From the NCBI GenBank assembly GCA_030390025.1, contig CM059433.1, positions 30,816,001-30,880,000 of the forward strand: a stretch of 64,000 nt of DNA, in the 5' to 3' direction. The notes beneath the pieces are model-generated. The model searched no databases and was not told the DNA's origin. It saw nothing but the letters and a program-made list of their open reading frames with translations. The translations under genes and the position numbers were made by a program. The stretch's first letter is position 1, and each line of letters begins with the position of its first letter. Below, in pieces: positions 1-12,838 of this stretch. This DNA is from Squalus acanthias (lineage: Eukaryota).

Positions 1-1
1 A

Positions 2-946
2 ATCTCCATCAAAGATGGACGCCTCAGCACTTCACTCTACCGCAAGCCCACGGACAACCTCACGATGCTCCACTTCTCCAACTTCCACCCTAACCACGTT
101 AAAGAAGCCATCCCCTATGGACAAGCCCTGCGAATACACAGGATCTGCTCAGACGAGGAGGAACGCGATGGACACCTACGGACACTGAAAGACGCCCTCG
201 TAAGAACGGGATATGACGCTCGACTCGTCGATCGACAGTTCCGACGGGCCACAGCGAAAAACCGCACAGACCTCCTCAGAAGACGAACACGGGACACAAC
301 CAACAGAGTACCCTACGTCGTCCAGTACTTCCCCGGAGTGGAGAAACTACGCCATGTTCTTCACAGCCTTCAACATGTCATCGATGACGACGAACACCTT
401 GCTAAGGCCATCCCCACGCCTCCACTACTCGCCTTCAAGCAGCCGCCTAACCTCAAAAGTACCATCGTTCGCAGCAAATTACCCAGCTGTCAGGAGAACA
501 GCGACCACGACGCCACACAACCCTGCCATGGCAACCTCTGCAAGACATGCCAGATCATGAACACAGATACCGTCATCACACGTGAGGACACTACCCACCA
601 GGTACATGGTACATACTCATGTGACTCGGCCAACGTTGTCTACCTGATACATTGCAGTAAAGGATGCCCCAGAGCATGGTACATCGGCGAGACCATGCAG
701 ACACTGAGACAACGTATGAACGGACACCGCGCAACAATCGCCAAGCAGGATGGTTGCCTCCCAGTCGGGGAACACTTCAGCAGTCAAGGGCATTCAGCCT
801 CGGATCTGCGGGTTAGCGTTCTCCAAGGCGGCCTTCGTGATACACGACAACGCAAATTCATCGAGCAGAAACTGATAGCCAAGTTCCGCACTCATGAGGA
901 CGGCCTCAATCGGGATATCGGGTTCATGTCACGCTATAGAACGTGA
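2..946 (+). CDS. PLE polyprotein C-terminus (RT thumb, Cys-rich linker, GIY-YIG endonuclease), 5'-partial
   Basis: Frame is open from base 2 (ISIKDGRLSTSLYRKPTDNLT) into the listed ORF 65..946. Motifs: YRKPT, linker PCHGNLCKTC, VVYLIHC...WYIGET...RQRMNGHR, terminal GLN. No internal stops. Confidence 0.9.
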   Translation: MSIKDGRLSTSLYRKPTDNLTMLHFSNFHPNHVKEAIPYGQALRIHRICSDEEERDGHLRTLKDALVRTGYDARLVDRQFRRATAKNRTDLLRRRTRDTTNRVPYVVQYFPGVEKLRHVLHSLQHVIDDDEHLAKAIPTPPLLAFKQPPNLKSTIVRSKLPSCQENSDHDATQPCHGNLCKTCQIMNTDTVITREDTTHQVHGTYSCDSANVVYLIHCSKGCPRAWYIGETMQTLRQRMNGHRATIAKQDGCLPVGEHFSSQGHSASDLRVSVLQGGLRDTRQRKFIEQKLIAKFRTHEDGLNRDIGFMSRYRT

Positions 947-1178
947 CTTGACATCTTTGCCGGTCTTTCCAGTTTTAAAAAAAAACACAAGAAACAAACA
1001 CAAAAAATGGAGAGGATATGCAGCCAGCAGGTGTTCTGACGCGTTGGACCCCCTGGGACACATCTCATTGTCTTGGCTGTGCTCTTAGTGTGTCTTTGAT
1101 GTAGGGAAAGATTTAATCTATGCATTTTCTCTGTGTTTTTATATTCTGTGAATTCTGATAGATTCTCTCACAGTAACT

Positions 1179-1216
1179 TTGCCTGACGAAGGGGCGACAG
1201 CTCCGAAAGCTTGTAA
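1179..1216 (+). ncRNA. Minimal type-I hammerhead ribozyme motif in PLE 3' UTR
   Basis: TTGC-CTGACGA-A-GGGGC-GACA-GCTCC-GAAA-GC-TT-GTAA: core CUGANGA (1183-1189) and GAAA (1205-1208), 5-bp stem II, 4-bp stem I, palindromic AAGCTT stem III. Confidence 0.75.
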
Positions 1217-1754
1217 TTTTAAATAAATCTGTTGGACTATAACCTGGTGTTGTGCGACTTCTCATTCTTATCAGTAGAGCATTGGACTAGGCTGTGTATT
1301 GTAACACAGTTGAACTCACCTGACATTCCATTCGGGGGGCACTTTTCAGCAAGGGCTACTGGATAGCAATCAGGAGCAGAAATTTTGGGAGTCAGGGATG
1401 TGAAGGCGAATCATGGTTTCACATTGCCTTGTTAGTTGAGATTTTAAAAAAATGCACCACGGATCAGGAATTGAACCCGGGACCCTCCTGCTCTAAATGG
1501 TTCAGTCCCGCTGAATGAAGTGCGTTTACCCTCTGTGGAATGGGGAAGTCCAGGAACAGCCATTTCAAAAGTGGCTTTATCCCATTCTTTACCATTACTG
1601 GTAAGACTGGATGCTTTGATTTTGCACCTTGGTGATATGGTCACTAGATAGATACAGCTGAGGGAGGCCATTCGACCAATCCTAGCTCATCCGCCCACTG
1701 AGGCCATACTGGTCTCCCTCCCCCTCCCCCATCATGGCATAACTGCTTCCTAAA

Positions 1755-1990
1755 TGTTTTTACGCAGTGAGTTGTTATGATCTGGAATGCACTGCCTGAA
1801 AGGGTGATGGAAGCAGGTGCAATCGTAACTTTCAAAAGGGAATTGGATAAATACTTGAAAAGGAGAAATTTGCAGGGCTATGGGGAAAGAGCGGGGGAGT
1901 GGGACTAACTGGCTAGCTCTTCAAAGAGCCGGCACAGGCACGATGGGTCGAATGGCCTCCTTCTGTGCTGTACAATTCTATTGTTCTAGA
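1755..1990 (+). mobile_element. CR1 LINE 3' end fragment
   Basis: FFTQxVVMIWNALPERVMEA...FKRELDKYL-type coding end, 3' UTR and ATTCTA-type tail. Similar to the 3' end of the CR1 at 7726-11090. Confidence 0.8.
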
Positions 1991-4174
1991 GTTTTCACCG
2001 CCACTACTTTATCTGGGAGTCCATTCCAAGTGTTGATCATTCTCTGAGTAAAGAATAGGTTAAGGTGAGGACGCGGCGGGAAGGAAGCGGGATTGGTGAG
2101 AGTTAACTGATACCGCTCCCTCCGCCCGGTTTCCGGCATGTGGAGGCAGTTCACATCGGGGGCCTTTGGATTTCGATGTTACTGAGCACATGTTTACCCT
2201 CTGCTTCTGTAAGCTGCATAAATCTACAAAGGCCAAGTTTTCAGTTTTAAGATAAATGAGCATAATTTAGTCTAATTTGACATTATTTGACTGCTGGTGA
2301 TCTCCATGTGAAAATGGACAAATGCCTTATTTATATATAAGTGCAAAAACATCCAGTATTACAGCCAACAAAATCATCAAAGAGCCTCACAGGACATTTT
2401 CCTCATCCTTTTTCTCTGAACTTTATATTAGTGGTGGTTTCAATTGATCACAATTGGTAATTTTGCCTGCAGTACATAACCATTGTCACATTAGAGATGG
2501 TGTGATTTCTTCAGGCTATATCTGCACAAGACCATGGGAGGAGGTTTACTCTGACCCTTGCTGATTCGTAGCTGAGGTTATGACCCTTTAACTGGAGCGG
2601 TTTTAGGGCTAAGCGCAGACAGAAATGATCAAGAGCTCCACAGGGTACAACATATAAAACTGACGGGCAGAAAAAGACCAGCTGGTCCATCAAGCCTGCC
2701 ACACACCATGATGGGCGGACCATTGTGGTTAAACAATTCTTCCCTTCGCCACCCCCCTCCCACCCACCACCTCCCAACACCCCTTCCCCCACCCCGCATC
2801 CATGTAATCTCCTGGGGTGAGGCAAAAACAAGAGAAAAACCCAGGGCCAAGAAAGGAAACAAATACTCTGGAAAATTCCTCTCCGACCCCCCTCAGGCAG
2901 ATCGAAACCAGTCCAGGAGAGCACATGGACCCAGTGTTATCTATAGAGACAACGGTTGCGGCTCTCATGGCTCGAGGGGGAGATGTTAATCTGTGGAGGA
3001 CTAAGCAGGTTGAATGGTGGAGATGGGTGGCGTGTTTGTTGTATGATTACCTTTGGGGATCAGGTAATACTTATGCAGAAATGCTCCTCATGCGATTAAA
3101 TAGCTGGAGGAATATTATCTTGGTCTTTGATGGGTCAAATGGTCATTTCCCATTCTAGTTCCTTTTCAACTAAATGTTCTTGAAAGCTTCCTTGCCTTCT
3201 TGTCTACTGCGTGCAGCCAGTTCAAACACAGCTGACTACTATAGTTTGAAAACAGCCTCTGCTCTGATACGAGCGAGTGAGCATGCAAGCTGAAGACCAG
3301 ACTCAGCTACACTGTAGCACCAAGCCAAGCTGCCTGTCACCAGTGCATTATTAATAAGGATTAATTGCAGCGTTGGATGAATGCAGTTGGATAACCAGAT
3401 AAACTAGTTTGCCAAAGAGAAACGTGATGCTTGGGTCAGGATTATGCTGGATCAGGGTTTCTATAGAGTGCTTTATAAAATGTGACCAATTTGTATCATT
3501 TGAACCTCAGTCCATTTAATCACCTACACACTGCAATGGAATCTAAATTAGAACACTTTATTGCAGGAAATAGAATTTACAAGAAGTTGTTAAGGTGCAA
3601 AGGATGACTGACAAGCCAGACTGATAACATTCAATGCGCTGAACAATGAATAACTTGGAAACATTTATTCCAGGACTGGCATTACAAATTTGAGTTGTCT
3701 GCCTGGGTGACAAATTCTTTATAACGTGACTGAATGGAAAGTGATTAAGGTACAATTGAATTCAATGTTTGGATCAAGCATGTGTTTATCTGCAGATTGC
3801 TGCAGTTCTGAGTTAATTTAAATGAGCTTTCCTGAATCACTTGAAATTCAGCAGTCGTTACAGTGTGCACATACTTCTGATTCTGACACCAAAGCACAGG
3901 TATCAATCAACTGATCAATACGATAAGACAAATACGTTTTTCTTTTGGTTCTGTAGTTTCACTGTTCTTGTTAGAAGGATAAGAAAATGATTTTTTTTAC
4001 TTCAGATATTTGAATTAATTCAATTGTGGTCATCATGACTTCCTCTCACCACTATTTTAGTGGAGCGCTTAACCAATTTACTTCAGGAACATAGGAACAG
4101 GAGTAGGCCATTCATCTCCTCGAGCCTGTTCTGCTGTTCAATTAGATCATGGCTGATCCGTATCTTAACCCCAT

Positions 4175-4317
4175 CTCTTTGACCAAGCTTTTGGTCACCT
4201 GCCCTAATATCTCCTTATGTGGCTCGGTGTCAAATTTTGTTTGATAAGGCTCCTGTGAAGCGCCTTGGGACTCTTTACTATGTTAAAGGTGCTATATAAA
4301 TGCAAGTTGTTGTTGTT
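4175..4317 (+). mobile_element. L2 LINE 3' end
   Basis: GTGGCTCGGTGTCAAATTTTGTTTGATAA...GGTGCTATATAAATGCAAGTTGTTGTTGTT. The same tail occurs at 42385-42755, 46225-46650 and 60468-60930. Confidence 0.7.
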
Positions 4318-4590
4318 CACAGCCAATGAAATATTCTTAAGTGTAGTCGCTGTTGCAATGTAGGGAAACTCTTGAGGCCAATTTCTTCCTGCGTTGTATT
4401 ACATCCTTCTGCTCTCCCAAGAGAACTGACAGCAAGGCCTCCATTGGCGAGGTGACTATACAAGTTGAACCCTAATAAGGAAATAATTTACCCTGCTGCC
4501 TGGGTCTCACTATAATGGAGTCATGAGGTTGGGGCACTATTTGATATGAAATGTTATACCAAATCTGACCTTCTGCAGCAGTGGTGTGTT

Positions 4591-4935
4591 TGGGTTGCCA
4601 ACTCTGGTTGGAGGCGTTCCTGGAGGTATAGTCACATGACCCTCCCGCCTCCAACTGCCCCGCCTTCACACTCCTGCTATTGGTCACCCAACAAATCCAT
4701 GCTCGCGGTGCCCCGCCTTCTCACAGCCAATTGGAAAATGAATAGACTCTGTATAACCCAAATGAATGATTCTTGCCTGTACGTCAAACGGCATTTTTAT
4801 AACTGGTAAACAAGTGTTCAAAGAAAGTTTAAAAAAAATACATAATTTTCTCCTGGGTTGCTTGCAGCAATGTCCTAGAGATTAATCTTTCATTCCTGGA
4901 GACTCTAGGGCAATTCTGGAAGGTTGGCAACCCTA
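4591..4935. mobile_element. Non-autonomous hAT-type element (Blackjack-like ends)
   Basis: Ends GGGTTGCCAAC ... GTTGGCAACCCTA; 8-bp flanks GGTGTGTT / GGTGTGAT (7/8 match). A second copy lies in the opposite orientation at 39513-40629. Confidence 0.7.
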
Positions 4936-5839
4936 GGTGTGATGGGATCAGTGATGCTCGTGACTCAGTCCTATTACTGTTGGGCCACAAACAGTGTGCC
5001 ACAATGCATAAGCATAAGCAAAATAATGACAACATTTCTAGGGAGGAATGACCTTCCTCGATCCTTCTTTTACTTCTTTTACAATTTTGTTCATTGCAAT
5101 TCAAATTGCTTCATTTAGTAAGGTGGGGAGACAGACATTGTAAAACTATGGCCTTGAAATTAGGCTTGGGTTACTAATGTAGGAATGCTTGGTGCATTCA
5201 TCTGAAATTCCTTTCACCACTATTTTAGTGGATATTTTAGTGGAGGTGTTAACCCATGTACATTAGGAACATAGGTAGGCCATTCAGCCCCTCGAGCCTG
5301 TTCCGCCATTCAATGAGATCATGGCTGATCTGTATCTTAACTCTATCTATTCGCCTTGGTTCCACAACTTTTAATACCCTTGCCTAACAAAAATGCATTT
5401 GCAAAAGTGATGGGGAGAGGACCGAAGCATTAAAAGCCGTAGCATAATGGCAAGTGCTCCCATGATTCCAGCTGGCAAAGCTCCACCTTGGGAATTAGTA
5501 AAATTAGTGAATTAGTAAAAATAACCGCATGGTATAGACGCCGATCTTAACTCTGAGATTGCTGCCAATTAGACGTGACCTGCACATCCGGAGCTGGTGG
5601 CCACAGTATCCGATCCCACTAAGCAGCCTCTGCCATCTATGGCAGGTTAGAGAAATGAGGAAACATGAATTTCTGTTGTGGCTCATAGATATTGAAGTTG
5701 GAGGGCTTTCTCTCAGAAAAAGGAGAAAGCAAAGTCTGGATTTGAGAGTCGGGTGAAACTACTCTATCCATGTGAGTTAACATCACGTTTGAATCTCTGA
5801 AAAATCAACAACTAACAACTTATGGAATGTTTTTAATTC

Positions 5840-7724
5840 TTTTTTAATTTGTTTATGGGATCAGGCGTCGCTGGCAATGCCAGCATTTATTGCCCATCCC
5901 TAGTTGCCCTTGAGAAGGTGGTGGTGAGCTGCCTTCTTGAACCGCTGCAGTCCGTGTGGTGATGATACTCCCACAGTGCTGTTAGGTAGGGAGTTCCAGG
6001 ATTTTGACCCAGCGATGATGAAGGATCGGCGATATACTTCTAAGTCAGGATGGTGTGTGACTTGGAGGGGAACTTGGAGGTGGTGGTGTTCCCATGCGCC
6101 TGCTGCCCTTGTCCTTCTAGGTGGAAGAGGTCACGGGTTTGAGACGTGCTGCCGAAGAAGTCTTGGCGAGTTGCTGCAGTGCATCTTGTAGATGGTACAC
6201 ACTGCAGCCACGGTACGACGGTGGTGGAGGGAGTGAATGTTTAAGGTGGTGGATGGGGTGCCAATCAAGCGGGCTGCTTTGTCCTGGATGGTGGCGAGCT
6301 TCTTGAGTGTTGTTGGAGCTGCACTCATCCAGGCAAGTGGAGAGTATTCCATCACACTCCTTACTTGTGCCTTGTAGATGGTGGAAAGGCTTTGGGAAGT
6401 CAGGAGGTGAGACACTCGCCGCAGAATACCTAGCCTCTGACCTGCTCTTGTTGCCACAGTATTTATGTGGCTGGTCCAGTTAAGTTTCTGGTTAATGGTG
6501 ACCCCCAGGATGTTGATAGTGCGGGATTTGGTGATGGTAATGCCATTGAATGACAAGGAGTGGTGGTTAGACTCTCGCTTGTTGGAGATAGTCATTGCCT
6601 GGCACTTCTGTGGCGCGAAAGTTACCTGCCACTTATCAGCCCAAGCCTGAACATCGTCCAGGTCTTGTTGTATGTGGGCATGGACTGCTTCATTATCTGT
6701 GGAGTTGCGAATGACGCTGAACACTGTGCAGTTATCAGCGAACATCCCCATTTCTGACCTTATGTTGGAGGGAAGGTCATTGATGAAGCAGCTGAAGATG
6801 GTTGGGCCTAGGACACTGCCCTGAGGAACTCCTGCAGCGATGTCCTGGGGCTGTGATGATTGACCTTCAACCAACACAACCACCTTCCTTTGTGCTAGGT
6901 ATGACTCCAGCCAGTGGAGCGTTTTCCCCCTGATTCCCATTGACTTCAGTTTTACTGGGGCTCCTTGAGGCCAGACTCGGTCAAATGCTGCTTTGATGTC
7001 AAGGGCAGTCACTCTCATCTCACCTCTGGAATTCAGCTCCTTTGTCCATGTTTGGACCAAGTCTGTAATGAGGTCGGGAGCCGAGTGGTCTTGGTGGAAC
7101 CCAAACTGGGCATCAGTGAGCAGGTTATTGGTGAGTAAGTGCCACTTGATAGCACTGTCGATGACACCTTCCATCACTTTGCTGATGATTGAGAGTAGAC
7201 TGATGGGGCGGTAATTGGTCGGGTTGGATTTGTCCTGCTTTTTGTGGACAGGACATACCTGGGCAGTTTTCCACATTGTCGGATAGATGCCAGTGTTGTA
7301 GCTGTACTGGAACAGCTTGGCTAGATGCGCGGCTAGTTCTGGAGCACAAGTCTTCAGCACGATAGCCGGGATGTTGTCGGGGCCCATAGCCTTTGCTGTA
7401 TCCAGTGCGCTCAGCCGTTTCTTGATATCAGGTGGAGTGAATTGAATTGGCTGAAGACTGGCTTCTGTGATGGTGGGGACCTCGGGAGTAGGCCGATATG
7501 GATCATCCACTCGGCACTTCTGGCTGAAGTTGGTTGCAAACGCTTCAGCCTTGTCTTTTGCACTCACGTGCTGGGCTCCACCATCATTGAGGATGGGAAT
7601 ATTCTTGGAGCCTCCTCCTCCCGTTAGTTGTTTAATGGTCCACCACCATTCACGACTGGATGTGGCAGGACTGCAGACAATCTGATCCGTTGACTGTGGG
7701 ATCGCTTAGCCCTGTCTATAGCAT
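5840..7724 (-). mobile_element. 5'-truncated L2/CR1-group LINE with a 478-aa RT ORF (6131..7567)
   Basis: RT motifs NYRPISLLS, QFGF, LDIKAAFDRV, GVPQGSVLGP and MFADN (catalytic FADD changed to FADN). A-rich 3' end near 5840. Confidence 0.85.
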
Positions 7725-7725
7725 T

Positions 7726-10700
7726 ATAGAATCATAGAATGGTTACAGCACGGAAGAAGGCCATTCGGCCTGTCGAGCCCATGCCGACTCTCAGTTGGTC
7801 CCACTCCCCTGCCCTTTCCCCGTAGCCCTGCAATTTTTTTTCCTTCAGATACTTATCCAACTCCCTTTTGAAAGATAAAATTGAATCTGCCTCCACCACC
7901 CTTTCAGGCAGTGCATTCCAGATCTTAACCACTCCCTGTGTAAAAAAGTTTTTTCTTATGTCGCCTTTGGTTCTTTTGCCAATTAACTTAAATCTGTGTC
8001 CTCTGGTTCTCGACCCTTCCGCCAATGGGAACAGTTTCTCTCTATCTACTCTGTCTAGACCCCTCATGATTTTGAACAGCTTTATCAAATCTCCTCTCAA
8101 CCTTCTCTGCTCCAAGGAGAACAACCCCAGCTTCTCTAGTCTATCAACGTAGCTGAAGTCCCTCATTCTTGGAATCATTCTCGTAAATCTTTTCTGCACC
8201 CTTTCTAAGGCCTTCACATCCTCCCTAAAGTGTGGTGCCCAGAATTGGACACAGTACTCCAGTTGGGGCCGAACCAGTGTTTTATACAGGTTCATCATAA
8301 TTTCCACACTTTTGTACTCGATACCTCTATTTATGAAGCCCAGGAACCCGTAAGCCTTTTTAACTGCTTTCTCAACCTGCCCTGCTACCTTCAACAATTT
8401 ATGCACATATACCTCTAGGTCTCTCTGTTCGTGCACCCACTTTAGGATTGTACCATTTAGTTTATATGTCCTCTCCTCATTCTTTCCACCAAAATGCATC
8501 ACTTCACACTTTTCTGCGTTAAATTTAATCTGCCACGTGTCTGCCCAATTCACCAGCCTGTCTATGTCTTCCTGAAGTCTATCACTCTCCTCCTCACTTT
8601 TCACTATACCTCCAAGTTTTGTGTCATCTGCAAATTTTGCAATTGTGCCCTGTACACCCACATTCAAGTCGTTAATATATATCAAGAAAAGCAGTGGTCC
8701 TAGAACTGACCCCTGGGGAACACCACTGTATACCTGCCTCCAGTCCGAAAAACAACTATTCACCACTACTCTCTGTTTCCTGTCGCTTAGCCAATTTCTT
8801 ATCCATGCTGCCGCTGTCCCTTTTATTCCATGGGCTTCAACTTTGCTGGGAAGGCTATTATGTGGCACTTTATCAAATGCCTTCTGGAAGTCCATGTACA
8901 CCACATTAACTGTATTGCCCTCATCAACCCTCTCTGTTACCTCATCAAAAATCTCAATCAAGTTAGTTAAACATGATTTGCTTTTACTAAACTCATGCTG
9001 GCTTTCCTTAATTAATCCACACTCATCCAAGTGACTGTTGATTTTGTCCCTGATTACTGTTTCTAAAAGCTTCCCCACTACCGAGGTTAAACTGACTGGC
9101 CTGTAGTTGCTGGGTTTATCCTTACACCCTTTTTTGAACAATGGTGTCACAATTCTCCAGTCCTCTGGCACCACCCCCGTATCTATGGAGGATTGGAATA
9201 TTATGGCCAGTGCCTCCACGATTTCCTCCCTCAATCCCCTCAACATCCTAGGATGCATCCCATCCGCTCCTGGTGATTTATCTACTTTAAGTACAGCCAG
9301 CCTTTCTAATACCTCCTCTTTATCAATTTCTATACTATCAAGTATCTCCTCTACCTCCTCCTTTACTATGTCTATGGCAGCATCCTCTTCCTTGGTGAAG
9401 ACAGATGCAAAGTACTCATTTAGCACCTCAGCTATACCATCAACCTCCATGCATAGGTCTCCTTTTTGATCCCTAATCAGCCCCACTCTTCCTCTTACTA
9501 CCCTTTTACTATTTATATGCCTATAGAAGACTTTTGGATTACCTTTTATGTTGGCTGCCATTCTATTCTCATACCCTCTCTTTGCCCCTCTTATTTTCTT
9601 TTTCACTTCTCCTCTGACCTTTCGATATAAAGCCTGATTCTCAGATGTATTTGCAACCTGACATCTGTCATACGTGCTCTTTTTCTGCTTCATCATATTC
9701 GCTATCTGTTTCATCATCCAGGGAGCTCTGACTTTAGTTGCCCTGCCTTTCCCCCTAGTGGGAATGTACTTCAACTATACCCAAACTATTTCCTCTTAAA
9801 AGGCAGCCCATTGTTCCACTACAGGTTTGCCTGCCAATCTTTGATTCCAGTTTACCCGGGCCAGATCCGTTCTCATCCCACTGAAATTGGCCTTCCTCCA
9901 GTTAAACATTTTTACTCTAGATTGTTCCCTGTCCTTTTCCATAGCTAATCTAAACCTTATGATATTATGATCACTGTTCACCAACTGACACTTGCTCCAC
10001 TTGACCTACCTCATTCCCCAGAACCAGATCCAGCAATGCCTCCTCCCTCGTCAAGCCGGAAACATACTGATCAATAGAGTTCTCCGGAACACACTTCAGA
10101 AATTCTTCCCCCTCTCTGCCCTTAACACTATTACGATCCCAGTCTATATTAGGATAGTTGAAGTCCCCCATTATTACTACTCTATAGCTTTTGAACCTCT
10201 CTGTAATTTCTCTGCAAATTTGCTCCTCCATATCTTTACCACTATTTGGTGGTCTATAGAATACACCTAGTAGTGTAATGGCACCTTTATTGTTTCTTAA
10301 CTCTAGCCATATAGATTCTGTCCTTGACCCCTCCAGGACATCCTCCCTCTCCAGCACTGTAACATTCTCCTTAATCAATACTGCCACACCACCTCCTATC
10401 TTTCCTTCCCTATCTTTCCTGAACACCTTATAACCAGGAATATTTAATACCCAATCCAGCCCTTTTTTGAGCCAGAGCTCAGTTATTGCCACAACATCAT
10501 ATTCCTATGTGGCTATTTGCACCTGCAGCTCACTTACCTTGTTTACTACGCTTTGTGCGTTCACATACATACACTGTAAACCCATCTTAGACCATCCTGT
10601 ATTCTCTCTTTGTTGGACCCCACCTAATACCTTACTATTTCTTACTTTAGTGCTCTCTGCCTCTCCCAATCCTTTGAGCACTTTATTTCCCCTTTCTAAT

Positions 10701-11090
10701 GTTACATCCTGGTGCCCATCCCCCTGCCAATTTAGTTTAAACCCTCCCCAACAGCACTAGCAAACCTCCCCACGAGGTTATTGGTTCCGGCCCTGTTGAG
10801 GTGCATCCCATCCGGCCTGTACTGGTCCCAATGTCCCAGGAATCTGAAGCCCTCCCTCCTGCACCATCTCTCCAGCCACGCATTCATCTGCTCTATTCTC
10901 CTATTTCTATACTCACTCGCGCGTGGCACCGGGAGTAATCCGGAGATTATTACCTTTGAGGTCCTGCTTTTTAATCTCTTTCATAGCTCCCTAAAATCTG
11001 TCTGCAGGAGCTTGTTGTTACCAATATGGACCACGGCCTCTGGCTGTTCACCCTCCCGCCTCAGGGTGTTCTGCAGCTGCTCAGTGACAT
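7726..11090 (-). mobile_element. CR1 LINE, 5'-truncated: ORF1 esterase remnant plus frameshifted ORF2 (APE and RT)
   Basis: ORF1-like NAWLERWCRREGFRFLGHW...DGMHLN (10732-10929); APE motifs GGGVA, YRPPNS, MGDFNYP, LDLVL, SDHN (9796-10492); 680-aa RT frame with PQGSVLGP and FADD (7732..9774); (ATTCTATG)n tail at 7726-7740. Confidence 0.93.
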
Positions 11091-11585
11091 CCAGAACTTG
11101 TATTTATAATTGCGCCTTTAATATAGAAAACAGCCCAAGGCATTTCACAGCGGCGTAATCAAACAAAAATGGATGCCGAGACAAAAGGAGAAGATACTAG
11201 GACAGGTGAAATAGGTGGGTTTTAAGGAAGGTCTTAAAGGAAGAGATGGACATGGAGGGGAAGAGGAATTTAGGGAGCATTGAAATCATCAGTAACTATG
11301 TAGAATAATGTTACATGACTGTTCAAAAAAAAATGTTAGGAAATTATAGTCCAATCAATTTACTTCAGTTGTGGATAAACTACCATAGTTAATAATATGG
11401 GATGAAATTAGTGAACACTTAGAAAGCCAGCATGGATTTGTAATGCGCAGATCGTACTTGACTAATTTGATTGACTTTTTCAGGAAGTCACAGTGCATAC
11501 AGGGTGGTGGGTGATCAGATCTGATGACTTCCAGCGAGTAATATCATGGCGCCCATTTCTTGCGGCGTGATTGTGGCGATAAGCT

Positions 11586-12838
11586 ACATAAGAACATAAG
11601 AACATAAGAAATAGGAGCAGGAGTAGGCCAATCGGCCCCTCGAGCCTGCTCCGCCATTCAATAAGATCATGGCTGATCTGATCCTAACCGCCAATCTACT
11701 ATCTATCACAGAACCATCTCCTGCATCTAACAGAATTGCACACACGAAATAGGAGCAGAATCAGGCTACACAGTCCCTGGGCCCGCTCCACTACCCACAG
11801 GGCCATGACCGATCCGAACCTAGACTCATGTCCAAATTCCTGCCCGCTCCCCGTAACCCTTAATGCCCTTTACTTCTAGGAAACTGTCTATTTCTGTTTT
11901 AAATTTAATTAATGTTGTAGCTTCTACAGCTTTTTGTGGCAGCATATTCCATGGACCTACCACCCTCTGAGTGAAGTAGTTCCTCCTCATCTCAGTTTTG
12001 AAAGAGCAGCCCCTTATTCTAAGACTATGTCCCCTAGTTCTCGTCTCACCCGTCATCGGGAACATCCTCCCCGCATCCACCCGATCCAACCCCTTCACAA
12101 TCTTATATGTTTCAATAAGATCGCCTCTCATTCTTCTGAACTCCAATGAGTAGAGTCCCAATCTACCCAACCTCTCCTCATATGACCACCCCCTCATCCC
12201 CGGGATTAACCGAGTGAACCTTTTTTGCACTGCCTCGAGAGCAAGGATGTCTTTCCTTAAGTAAGGACACCAAAACTGTATGCAGTATTCCAGGTGCGGT
12301 CTCACCAATACCTTGTACAACTGAAGCAATACCTCCCTATTTTTATATTCTATCCCCCTAGCAATGAAAGCCAACATTCCATTTGCCTTCTTAATCACTT
12401 GCTGCACCTGCATACTAACCTTTTGAGTTTCGTGCACCAGGACCCCCAGATCCCTTTGCACTTCAGTACTCTCCAGTTTCTTGCCATTAAGATAATAAAT
12501 TGCTCTAGGATTTTTCCTGCCAAAGTGCATCACCTCACACTTTCCAGTGTTGTATTCCATCTGCCAAATCTCTGCCCACTTACTTAGCCTGTCTATGTCC
12601 CCTTGCAGGTTTTTTATGTCCTCCTCATTCACTACTTTCCCTCCCATCTTTGTATCATCTGCAAATTTTGATATGTTACACTTGGTCCCTTCCTCCAAAT
12701 CGTTAATATAGATTGTGAAGAGTTGGGGACCCAGCACTGACCCCTGTGGAACACCACTAGTTACTGATTGCCAGTCTGAGAATGAACCATTTATCCCAAC
12801 TCTTTGCTTTCTGTTAGATAGCCAATCCTCTATCCATC
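11586..12838 (-). mobile_element. CR1 LINE 3' part (RT C-terminal half, ORF 11826..12737)
   Basis: LGPQLFTIYINDL, KFADDTK, LVRPHLEYC motifs; (ACATAAGA)n tail on the + strand at 11587-11610. Confidence 0.92.

Larger units (their letters stand above)
1..1270 (+). mobile_element. Penelope-like retroelement (PLE), 3' part, running off the window start
   Basis: ORF with RT C-terminus and GIY-YIG endonuclease, then a 3' UTR with a hammerhead motif (1179-1216), AATAAA (1222-1227) and a terminal GTTGGACTATAACCTGGTGTTGTG segment. The 3' boundary is approximate. Confidence 0.9.
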
